A stretch of DNA of 64,000 nt, from assembly GCF_026210795.1 (NCBI RefSeq), contig NC_089435.1, forward strand, positions 4,464,001 through 4,528,000. The letters run 5' to 3'. Source of the stretch: Rhizophagus irregularis. Lineage: Eukaryota. Below are positions 1 through 9,140 of this stretch, in pieces. The position numbers and the translations under genes are program-made. The stretch's first letter is position 1. Each line of letters begins with the position of its first letter. A model generated the notes under the pieces. That model was not told where the DNA came from, searched no databases, and saw only the letters and a list, made by a program, of their open reading frames with translations.

Positions 1-2
1 TT

Positions 3-329
3 TATTCTGAAGAGGAGGAGCTTATAGAGGAAATCATCAATGAAACACGCTATAATGAGGAAAATCTTGATGGCCAGCGGTTAACTTTCAATAATATACA
101 ACAAATCAGAGCCGCTATTCAAGCTGACCAAGATGAATATGATGATTTTATCTTACAGCAGAATACGACTAACGGGACACCTTCCTCCGGTCCTTCTGGT
201 CATCCACGAACTTTGGAGGACCATGCCCCGAGACTTGCAGAGCTTAATATTGAGTTGTGTAGGGAATGTCTCATGCCTGTAAGCCCAAGTGACTTAACGG
301 ACAAGTTGTGCAAGGACTGCGCTTCCTAA
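3..329 (+). CDS. 3' part of an acidic protein with a C-terminal CxxC...CxxC zinc ribbon (5' end outside the window)
   Basis: Open frame from the window edge ending ...ELCRECLMPVSPSDLTDKLCKDCAS* (TAA 327-329); absent from the ORF track because it lacks a start codon. Confidence 0.55.
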   Translation, partial: YSEEEELIEEIINETRYNEENLDGQRLTFNNIQQIRAAIQADQDEYDDFILQQNTTNGTPSSGPSGHPRTLEDHAPRLAELNIELCRECLMPVSPSDLTDKLCKDCAS

Positions 330-338
330 TGCTCAGTC

Positions 339-372
339 CTCCGGTCTTCCGGTCTTCCGGTCTTCCGGTCTT
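339..372 (+). repeat. Short tandem repeat (CCGGTCTT x4)
   Basis: ctccggtcttccggtcttccggtcttccggtcttt read directly. Confidence 0.85.
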
Positions 373-497
373 TCCAACGGTTGATCCCTTAATGCCAGTT
401 ATTTTTTTTTCTACAAATGACAGGTATTTAAAGATAACAATATATAAAAAAGATTGTGAAGGATACTAAGTGAGCGAATAATCAAAGAAAGATAGCC

Positions 498-872
498 ATG
501 TCAACATCAATCGTAATAAACCAGTGTCAGAACTGTGGAGTATTCTCTGCAAAAGCGGCATATAGAGGATTATCCAGCGTGTTGTATAGACAGATTATAA
601 AGAAGATTGGCGACGAGAGTGAACCTTTACAAGCCTTGGGACTTGCCAGGGATAAGTTGGTCCAGATTATCCGTCGGGCAAGTAATGCGGATTTTACGCA
701 ATTATTCACACAAAGACTGGATATGAAAATTATGGACGGAGATTCATACGAGGATACTAGGAAGTGGCTTCTTGAACAGCTTATAGCCATTGGATATGAC
801 GGTGGGGAAATTGCCTTATATCAGTTCTTACGAAATACATCGGATGGTATTGACGAACCACTACATTCATGA
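498..872 (+). CDS. Hypothetical protein of virus-like cassette 1 (N-terminal CxxC)
   Basis: 124 aa ORF with ATG start in a compact intronless context. Confidence 0.45.
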   Translation: MSTSIVINQCQNCGVFSAKAAYRGLSSVLYRQIIKKIGDESEPLQALGLARDKLVQIIRRASNADFTQLFTQRLDMKIMDGDSYEDTRKWLLEQLIAIGYDGGEIALYQFLRNTSDGIDEPLHS

Positions 873-1031
873 GAAGTATGTAAGTCGTAATGAAATCCGA
901 TGACTAAAAACTTTGCCTCTCGAGCCTTAGGAGCTATTGGGTTAAAAGCTAGGATGTTACGGATTGACTTCGAAGGACGTAAAAAAGCGCCGCGATTCTT
1001 GGGGCTTCTGCAGAAGAACTTCGCGAGATTC

Positions 1032-2255
1032 TTACAAAATACTATTGATTCCTACTCGTAATGCTCGACGGTCCATATGACCCTTAGAAAAGATCTGTAA
1101 AAGGACCCCGATGCCTTCTATTATTTTTTTATTATCCAAAGGGTGACTAGACTTCAGGACTTCATATCGGGAGAATAACTCCTTTACGGTCTCAGGTTTT
1201 GGAATTTTAGTCTTTGTGGTCCTATCCCGTACTTTTGCTAAGAAGTTTTGGAAGTCTGATCCCAGGGTCTTACCAGATAGTCCGTAGGCTTCCCGAAAGA
1301 CGTACTTAATCCAGGTATCTGTGTTCTTAGCTATAACACCGGATACGAGGAGGTGTTTTCTTTCTTTAGGCGATGGATATTCCCGAGCAAACTCGATTAG
1401 CTGGGAGGACTTTTTTGCTTCAGCTACGGCCTTCTGGCCATAAGGACTAAACTTCGATCGAACTGGGTTCAAACTCGGATTGAATGGAGATCGAACTGGG
1501 TTCAAACTCGGATCGAACGGAGATTGAACTGAGATCGAACTAGGATCGAACTGAGATTGATCAGTGATCGAACTGAGACTAGTATCCCATCTAACCCGAA
1601 TAGATAACGGATCGCTCTTGGATCTTCTAAGATCAAATACTATAAATTCACGTTGTAGAGTAAGGTCATCGATTACTGGAGCTAGTGACTCCGATTCTTC
1701 TGTATACTGGCGGATGATCCTCTTAGTATCGGTCAAACTTCCGTGACCTCCATGTAGGGAAATATAATTCACATTTTCACGAATAGCCTTGGGAATGGTA
1801 AAGAATCTTTGGGCCACATAGATACACGAGATATTTTTGTGACGCCCGTGTGTAAAAAATCCAGTGATGAGATCCTGGGTTTTTTTAGGCGCATCCATCA
1901 AATCCTCGAAGATTACCACAGTAGCCTGGATGGAGTTGAAGTCCTTAACATTTGGAATCTCACTATGGGATACTGCGGTAAACGGAATTTCTTCTTCTTT
2001 GAAAAAATCACGTACGACTGCCCACTTCGGTTCATCGAGGTATCTGCCAACTAGAATTACCGCATCACATAATATGTACCTTTCGCCATCCTCCTTTGCC
2101 TTCTTGTCTCCCATTAACAAATTAATGATCATAGTTGTTTTACCCGAATCAGAACTTCCTGCTACGGCAAGACGGAAAGGCCATGATGGGGCAAACTCAT
2201 TACCCTGTCTCGAGTCGGTCGTGTACTCGTCCAAATTGTATACATAAAGATCCAT
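1032..2255 (-). CDS. A32-like (FtsK/HerA superfamily) DNA-packaging ATPase
   Basis: [16 protein letters not shown] (Walker A), VVIFEDL (Walker B), FFTHGRHKNISCIYVAQ (arginine finger and sensor motifs), IPKAIREN; intact 407 aa; C-terminal extension contains 11-aa repeats. Confidence 0.92.
   Translation of the reverse strand: MDLYVYNLDEYTTDSRQGNEFAPSWPFRLAVAGSSDSGKTTMIINLLMGDKKAKEDGERYILCDAVILVGRYLDEPKWAVVRDFFKEEEIPFTAVSHSEIPNVKDFNSIQATVVIFEDLMDAPKKTQDLITGFFTHGRHKNISCIYVAQRFFTIPKAIRENVNYISLHGGHGSLTDTKRIIRQYTEESESLAPVIDDLTLQREFIVFDLRRSKSDPLSIRVRWDTSLSSITDQSQFDPSSISVQSPFDPSLNPVRSPFNPSLNPVRSKFSPYGQKAVAEAKKSSQLIEFAREYPSPKERKHLLVSGVIAKNTDTWIKYVFREAYGLSGKTLGSDFQNFLAKVRDRTTKTKIPKPETVKELFSRYEVLKSSHPLDNKKIIEGIGVLLQIFSKGHMDRRALRVGINSIL
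1455..1580 (-). repeat. 33-bp (11-aa) coding tandem repeat inside the ATPase (SQFDPSSISVQ/SPFDPSLNPVR/SPFNPSLNPVR)
   Basis: Repeated gatcgaactgggttcaaactcggat. Confidence 0.8.
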
Positions 2256-2286
2256 TTGAATTTTATTCTAATTTAGTTTAAATACG

Positions 2287-4459
2287 ATGTCGACACCAAT
2301 TGCAATTTATACTCCTTCAGAGCCTACTGGACCGCTTCCTAGGGATTTGCGTGATATGAATAATATACCATTAGTTGCGGTAATTAAGGATCTAACAGAT
2401 TTTTTAACTGTCAGTGATCGCATGGTTGTTAATCGAGATGTACAAAATGCAAACCATCATCTTAAACATGCTCTTAATTTATTAATTCATCGCTGTAGAG
2501 AAACATACGAAGAACGCGATATATTAAAAGCAGAACGTGATCGATCTCGAAAAGAACGTGATGAATTACAAGATGAACTCGAGGTTCAAACGGGTTTGTT
2601 AGGTCTTACACAAGATGAGCTAAATAACGTACAAGATACTATTACTAGTTTAGAAGCTAATTTGGCTGAATTGGAACGTGAGTTTGGTGGTATGCGGACG
2701 ACTAATCGTCGACTTCAGCAGCAATATAATCTTATGAGAGGAGAACGTAATAGAGCTATAGGTGAACGTAATAGAGCTATAGGCGAGCGTGATGTGGCAC
2801 GAAATCGGCTTGTATATGCCAATAATCGGGTTCTTTTTGGAATTCGGACATTGGGACGTCTTAGGAATCGACTTTTCCAACAAATAGCCGCTCTGCGTAT
2901 CCAAGTACAATGGTTTCGGATTAGACAATTGAACCTTCCTCCACCTCCTCTCAACCATCCACAAAATACGATATGGCTGCCGTTGGTATAGCTGCCCCCA
3001 TATTTCATGGTCGGGAAGATGAAGATCTTAATCTTTTTATTGATAACTTTTTAGGGTATATTAATACCGTTGGTATTGATCCATTGGACGATGCCGGTGC
3101 GCCTCCTGGTCGGGTGCGAGCGATGGGGGTTCTTCGTAGCTGTATGAGAGATGAAGCGGCGAGGTGGTTTGATGCAGAACTTACTGGAAAAAATTGGGAA
3201 CTCTCGAATATTCGGTTAGTGGCTACTGCAAATGGTGGAGCCGGTGCTACTCGCCGAGGCGTTCAGAGCTTTAGCTGTTCCTGAGGTTGCTAATGGATTA
3301 CATGTTGGTACTTACTTACCCGGGTCTGATGTTGATGCATATTCAAGGATTTTAGCTAATGCGGCGAGAACCGTTGGAGAAACATTTTTCCCATCACGCG
3401 CTGATATCGTTAGAACGAATTTTAAAGTTGAAGAGCAGTGGAGGCGTGCGGGCGGACGTCCTACTCATCAACCCGTTAATGGGTTGGGAAATCATGGAGG
3501 TCCATTTAATGCTGCTGTCCAGAATCAACCAATAGTCTTACAGGGGATTCTCCTGGATCAAGCATTTATGCATATGCGTACAAATTTTCCAACCATCGTG
3601 GAAGAAAGACTTCAAATACGATTTAGTAACCTTTACCAGGAACAAGGTGAACCTGTTCGATCTTACTATAAGCGAGTTGAGAGGGCTGGGGATATTGTAG
3701 GATATAATCGAATTATGGTTACTGACCAGTTCTATAGAGGACTTTTGCCGGAAAACGTTATTGAAGCTTCCAGAATCGGGCGGCACCTCTTAATACATTA
3801 ATCGATAGATTGAGTGATCTTGAGCGACGAAAGGGCGAAATGTTCTATGGATTACAAAGGCGTCAGGGTATTGAAAAGGCTAAAAAGAGGAATTGGCTGG
3901 CTATACTCATCCCGTGACTCCACACGAAGGTGCTGTAATACAAAGGTCGACAGACGTTATTACTCAAGAACGATTACAAGAATTGCTCAAGGCACAAGCC
4001 GAGGAACTTACCAAGAATTTCCAGGCACAATTTAAACAATTACAAGCATCTAAGCCAGTTCGTAAACCACCGGTCTATAGACAACAGATTAAACCTGTTC
4101 GGTCAAAGCCACGGCCACGCGTTGTTCAGGATCCTGATTGGGATGATGGTTATGTAGATCATGATTTTGGTGATGACCCTGGTGACCCTGATGCTCCTGA
4201 GTGGACTAGTGAGGATGATCAACATGTTATTGATCTTATTATGGGATATGAGACGTCTAAAAGATTTCCAAAGAGACTTCAGAAGGCTAAAGATAGACGC
4301 GATGATCTGGAATTAGCCTGAGCAATGAGAAACCTCGATCTTAATGATGATGCTATGGATATTGATACTAATACCGCGAGTTTTGATGACTTGAAAATTG
4401 TTCCCGATGAGGAAGGTGGTTTTCGGATTTGTGCGGTTCGAAGTACAAAAAAAAAGTAA
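2287..4459 (+). pseudogene. Coiled-coil + Ty3/gypsy-like Gag capsid polyprotein (frameshifted)
   Basis: Overlapping ORFs 2287-2991, 2973-3284, 3232-3801, 3893-4321. APIFHGREDEDLNLFIDNF...SCMRDEAARWF resembles the CA N-lobe; LYQEQGEPVRSYYKRV...DQFYRGL resembles the Retrotrans_gag major-homology region. Frame continues past TGA 4319 to ...RSTKKK* at 4459. Confidence 0.7.
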
Positions 4460-4522
4460 ACTCGGATAAGGGTGTAAAGTATCTCGAAACTTCTTAAATC
4501 TGTTCCAAAAAAATCAGTTAAA

Positions 4523-5179
4523 ATGACTCCTATCAAGATTCCTGTGAAGGTTACTAGTAGTAAGCCCACACTTATAAAAGCCGTCACCAAAAATGATTCA
4601 TTAAGTTTATTAAGGTCTGCAGATTTTAGGAAATTACTCCGCGAGATTCTTCGGGAAGAATTAAAGTCTGCTCGTAAAAGTACGGAGATTCCGGAAGACC
4701 TAGTTGAGGAAAAACAAGAAGAGGATATCAGGGAAGATGACCCGATGGATATTGACATAGCTCGTTTGGAGAATACTAAAGATCTTTTAGCGCTGGATGG
4801 GAACGTCAATGGGATAGCAATTCAGTGTTTAGCAGACACTTGTGCTAACGCGTCTTTTATTCAGAGGGAAGCCGCTGAAGAATTAGGGTTGGATATCGAC
4901 AAGAGTATTACACATAACATATCCGGCGCTCCAGGTTCTGGTAGGACATTCGGCATGGTAAAAGGTGTGTCAATCAAACTAACCCCTGATTGTGTAATCA
5001 CTGAGAATCTCGCAGTTTTAAGCGATTACAAGCATAGGGAGATTGGATTGAGCCGGACGTGTCTGAAACGTTACAATTATGATGTCCATGAATCACGTGA
5101 ACATATCGCCCTTACTTGTAATGAGAAGAATGTTTTTATCCCGATAGTTTCTGATGTGAATCGAGGAGACAAAAAATAG
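4523..5179 (+). CDS. Retropepsin-like aspartic protease
   Basis: EDDPMDID linker, then LDGNVNGIAIQCLADTCANASFIQREAAEELGL...ISGAPG...EIGLSRTCLKRY; retropepsin pattern with DTC at the DTG position. Confidence 0.8.
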   Translation: MTPIKIPVKVTSSKPTLIKAVTKNDSLSLLRSADFRKLLREILREELKSARKSTEIPEDLVEEKQEEDIREDDPMDIDIARLENTKDLLALDGNVNGIAIQCLADTCANASFIQREAAEELGLDIDKSITHNISGAPGSGRTFGMVKGVSIKLTPDCVITENLAVLSDYKHREIGLSRTCLKRYNYDVHESREHIALTCNEKNVFIPIVSDVNRGDKK

Positions 5180-5193
5180 GGAATATTTATTTT

Positions 5194-6296
5194 TTATTCC
5201 CAAAATTTGCGAATTAAATCGGGAACATCCTCCTCTAATCTACTAGCGGGTTCCCAAGTGGCTTCGGTATCTGGGTATCGTTCCCACTTGATTAGATACT
5301 GGTCTTGACCCTTCCTGATGCGATGCCGGAGTATCCGCTCAGGTACAAATCTTCGGGTTGGCCCTTGCCCTTTATCACGGACTCAAGGTGGGAGATGCTC
5401 ATTTTCTGGAACAATCTGCAACTCTTTTCTTTTCGAGTGTACGCACATCTGGATACACCTAGACGCCCGTGTGGTCCATCAAGAAGATACGTAGGAGGCT
5501 GTTCGGGTGAGAGGATCATTTTTTTGATGACACGGATATTGGGATTCCATCTTATGTCACCTGTACGAAATTTTCCATGGAGTTTATTCCCGAGTACTGA
5601 AATAGGTTCGTCTAACTTGACTCGGACATGTATTCCTTCAGAGAGAAGTTCCGTCTTTTTTGACACCTTGGGTGACCCAGTCGGAATGTCTGGAGGATTT
5701 CTTTGCCAGATTTCATCTATTTTACTAACCACATCATGGAAATCTTCTGACCATTCCACGGATGTCACCCCAGTCTTCAACTCCTGTGCCACCATTCGTT
5801 TTAGGAGAGGTTCCTGGATTGCTTGGATGGCTCGTTCAGGCGTATGATTGCTGTTTGTGTCTTCTGGTTCGCCGAACCTCATCATTACCCCTAGGCTGTT
5901 CAGGAAAAAATCACGTACCTGGTCGTTAGTGAATTCTGATCCGGAGTCTGTCTCTATTCGATGTGTTGGTGGCTTAATGCGATTTCTTCTGTAGATTTTA
6001 ACAAATCCATTGAGAACCTTATTTGCGGTTTTATCCTTTAGGGGCTCTGCATCGACTCGTTTACCCGCGACTTCTACCACTACGAGGAAATAGTGGAATC
6101 CTTTGGGGTCGACTGGCATCTCTGCGAGATCTGCCTGATGCGTCGCATTTGGTTTTCATACAACTACTCGTGGACGCTCTGATGACTTCTCCTTTAGGGG
6201 CTTTTTGTATAGGTTGTAGTGCTCCTCACCTTTTAGAATTCGTGCTGGTACTCCGGAGAGATTGTAGTATTTGTAATAATTCTCTAAATGCGACAT
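5194..6296 (-). pseudogene. rve (DDE) integrase with C-terminal chromodomain, Polinton/adintovirus-like
   Basis: ATG at 6296; HQADL (D1), IETDSGSEF (D2), ERAIQ (E); in another frame the C-terminus reads QYLIKWERYPDTEATWEPASRLEEDVPDLIRKFWE* (chromodomain). One in-frame stop and frameshifts. Confidence 0.88.
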
Positions 6297-6340
6297 ATTA
6301 CGACAAATTAAAGGAAAGATTTTGGACTTCAAATCTTAAG

Positions 6341-6661
6341 ATGACACGATTTTACTGCCTAAAGTGTAAGAAGGAAACCGAGACTGCTAGTGAAATACAA
6401 GATATGACCACAAATGGGCGTTACCGGCTGCATGGTGATTGCACAGTTTGTGGTATGCATAAGAATACTTTTACTGGGATAGACTGGGTTATCAAAAAGA
6501 AAACCAAGGAGAAGAAAAAAGAAACTGCGGCTAAAAGACATCAGACGGCGTACAATCGGCAATGCAAAAAACTCGGGCAGAAAATCTTAGATTCTGATGA
6601 CACGTGTAAGCAGTGTATTGATAAATGCCTTAAGGAGGCAAAAAAGAGGAAGACGGATTAG
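6341..6661 (+). CDS. Small Zn-ribbon protein (DUF5679-like, seen in Polinton/adinto-like elements)
   Basis: MTRFYCLKCKKETET...NGRYRLHGDCTVCGMHKNTF; the likely start is ATG 6341 inside ORF 6023..6661. Confidence 0.7.
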   Translation: MTRFYCLKCKKETETASEIQDMTTNGRYRLHGDCTVCGMHKNTFTGIDWVIKKKTKEKKKETAAKRHQTAYNRQCKKLGQKILDSDDTCKQCIDKCLKEAKKRKTD

Positions 6662-6670
6662 TACCGCCTT

Positions 6671-7186
6671 CTAAAAGTATTCCTCATCATCTGAGTCATC
6701 GAGAGATACCTCTCCATCATCTGATTCATCATCCGAGTCGTCAGGAGTGCGACCTTCCTTAAGCAATTGGATGTTGTACGTTATTTGAGTCCATTTCTCC
6801 CAGTCGGACTCTTGCGTTATAAAGCCGCATCTGAGGAGTGCTCTTTCTATTACTACCATCCCTGCAAACCTGGTGTATTTTTTCTGATCGGCTTCATTGA
6901 AATTGTCAATGGCTTCTTTGTAGTAGTCTACTGCCTGTTTGTATACCTCTTCGGCTTCTTTATGCCGCTTCCACAACTCGGCTTTACAACAGTTATACCA
7001 GAGTCTGTTAATCTTGAGATGTTTTCCGAATTCTTTAACCGGAAGGTTTCTGACCATCTCTGCTACTATGTCCGGGTCATTGAGGGGTGATGCCTGAATT
7101 TGGATCCATTTACGGATTCCATAGATGTCTACAAGATCAAGCCCGAGGTCTTCGGCAAGAGAAGTGGCGGCGTGTAAGTTTATCAT
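6671..7186 (-). CDS. Hypothetical protein with acidic tail
   Basis: Intact 171 aa ORF converging on the Zn-ribbon gene with a 9 bp gap. Confidence 0.6.
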   Translation of the reverse strand: MINLHAATSLAEDLGLDLVDIYGIRKWIQIQASPLNDPDIVAEMVRNLPVKEFGKHLKINRLWYNCCKAELWKRHKEAEEVYKQAVDYYKEAIDNFNEADQKKYTRFAGMVVIERALLRCGFITQESDWEKWTQITYNIQLLKEGRTPDDSDDESDDGEVSLDDSDDEEYF

Positions 7187-7251
7187 TGTATGTTACTTAT
7201 AGTTACCTAATCTTCAATTGCCGAATATATTTTTTCTGACGGGGGTAAGTG

Positions 7252-7560
7252 GTCATAGTTCGGGTGCCATAGTTCGGGTGCCATAGTTCGGCTGCCATAG
7301 TTCGGCTGCCATAGTTCGGCTGCCATAGTTCAGGACATAGGGAATCATACTTGGAGGGTCTAGGTGAGTATATAAAGGGTAATCATAGCGTGAATCGGGT
7401 TTTGGGGTCTGAGGGGCTGACTAAGGCTGCCATAGTATTATTATAAGATTTTTCGTACTATGGCAGGTACTATGGCAGGAGATTCTGTTTGATTTCGGCT
7501 TTATTCACGTTTTTATTCCGTTTTTAAGTAGTCTGCCATAGTTGCCATAGTTGTCATAGT
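7252..7560. repeat. Subterminal 14-bp tandem repeat (GCCATAGTTCGG(G/C)T, about 6 copies) plus dispersed GCCATAGT/ACTATGGC motifs
   Basis: Tandem copies at 7252-7340; the core recurs in both orientations at about 7428-7560. Confidence 0.9.
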
Positions 7561-8086
7561 AAGTTATATATAAGAAAAAATGTAGAAAAAAAATAAGTGG
7601 AAAAATACCGTGGCAGACTACGCGTACTGCGGCAGGTAAACCTGCCCCACGGAGGGGGGATGTAGGTACTGCGAGGCCGTTGAGGCCGAGGTGGAGGAAC
7701 GTAGTGACTACACTACCAGCCCGACGACTCTGAATACATAATCTGGCTACTACACTATAATCTACCCCTTTTATTTTGATGCTATCTCTATTCACATTCT
7801 AGCTATATTTTTATACCTTTCTTGATATCTGTATTTTTCTCTTATGTATGATTTTATTATCACGTTATAATCTAAATACCCCACACTTTAACCTAGGTAC
7901 CTCTTTTTTCTTCCTGTTTCTACTCTATTTGTAATTTAAGTTATATATTGTTGATACTGACCTTTCACGTCTGATTGAATGTCAAATTCTATATTGAAGT
8001 ACTTACCCTTTGTGCCTATTTGGTTGCCTTTCTAGATGCTGAAATGTGGTAAAAAAATATGGTGTCGAGTGGCGCAGTATTTCGAT

Positions 8087-8360
8087 GTAAATCTGCGATT
8101 AATTTTGGCTGGACACTATGTCATAATTCCAGCCGATCTTTTGGGCATGTGATTTGAGGATCCAGCCTGGCGCCATGGTAGTGACCTGATAGTGACCTGG
8201 TAGCTACCGTAGAACTGTCATGGAACTGGCAGGGAACTAGAGTGGTTCTATTAGTTTGCCAGTTCCAGTTCACTTTTATGCCAGCTTGGATGCCGAAATA
8301 TTACCTAAAGTTCTGGCTGAAATTATGAAATAGTGCTGGCCAAAATTAATCAAAATTTAC
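8087..8360. repeat. Long imperfect inverted repeat (fold-back), arms about 80 bp
   Basis: gattaattttggctggacactatgtcataattccagcc pairs with ggctgaaattatgaaatagtgctggccaaaattaatc; inner pair ggaactggca/tgccagttcc. Confidence 0.8.
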
Positions 8361-8402
8361 TACACATCATTTTTTTTTTCTAAAATGGATGTTGCGAGTA
8401 GA

Positions 8403-8760
8403 TACGTATATTGTTAGGAGTGTCATATGATAGTAGTCCCAGAGGGCTCAGTGACAGGTGATTCTTTACGCATATATTGTTAATTTATTGCGCCTAAAGT
8501 TTTTGTGATACTCTACGCATATATTGTTAGAAGAATCATATGATAGTAATGCCAAAGGGCTCTGTGTCAAGTGATACTCTATACACATATTGTTAGGAGA
8601 ATTATATGATAGTGATCTCAGAGGGCTCGGCGTCAGATGACATCCAGCACAGTATCAATTCAGGGATATTCTATTAGTTCACCCACCATGAATGCCAAAT
8701 TATTGTATCCAAAAATCTTGCTGAAATTATTGTTAACTTACTGCGCCTAAATTTTTGATA
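8403..8760 (+). repeat. Degenerate ~65-bp tandem repeats
   Basis: Unit like atattgttaggagtgtcatatgatagtagtcccagagggctc…gtga in three copies; attgttaa-tta-tgcgcctaaa-tttttg occurs twice. Confidence 0.75.
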
Positions 8761-8945
8761 TCACGTGGCCAGGCTTTAGTCTTCCCTTTTCGCAACTTTT
8801 AAGGGATATTTGAGAAATATTTGAGTGGCATTTGGGGTTTGGGCTAGTGGATCATTTGGTTAGAGAATTGGAGGTGCCAACTTCGTATCTCTTTTTGGTA
8901 TACCTTTATATTACGTGAAGGCTATATCATACCCGAGTACTTATC

Positions 8946-9005
8946 TAAAAATGAAGCCTTCTGCCATTTTTATATAATATAATTCCGCAAAAGGCTTCAT
9001 TTTTA
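8946..9005. other. Hairpin/palindrome: 19-bp arms (1 mismatch), 22-nt AT-rich spacer
   Basis: TAAAAATGAAGCCTTCTGC-cattttt atataatataattcc-GCAAAAGGCTTCATTTTTA. Confidence 0.9.
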
Positions 9006-9140
9006 CAGATATATCTGGATGTCTTTCTTTTACATTTCTCCTACTAAGTTCGCTATCATTTCTTTTTGTATTTATCGAAAAAAAATAATTAAACATTTCC
9101 GAATTTTATAAAGTAATATAAACATTTTCAAACTAACAAC

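Larger units (their letters stand above)
1..7712. mobile_element. Virus-like/Polinton-like cassette 1 (ATPase, Gag-like, retropepsin, integrase-chromodomain, Zn-ribbon); left end outside the window
   Basis: Dense intronless ORFs with 14-45 bp spacers between the core genes, visibly more GC-rich than downstream DNA, subterminal tandem repeats; right boundary approximate (…gtagtgactACA at 7712). Confidence 0.7.

Noticed and set aside
1564..5847. Antisense ORFs overlapping the ATPase, Gag, protease and integrase (for example 1864..2247, 4279..4809, 5305..5847)
   Set aside because: Shadow frames of genes with clear motifs on the other strand
2287..6296. Ordinary Ty3/gypsy LTR retrotransposon
   Set aside because: No RT (YxDD) or RNase H, the integrase is on the opposite strand to gag-protease, and there are no flanking LTRs
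6023..6340. N-terminal 106 aa of ORF 6023..6661
   Set aside because: Antisense to the integrase and begins at TTG; the likely start is ATG 6341
7252..8760. CRISPR-like arrays
   Set aside because: The repeats are tandem or degenerate without unique equal-length spacers, there are no cas genes, and the context is eukaryotic
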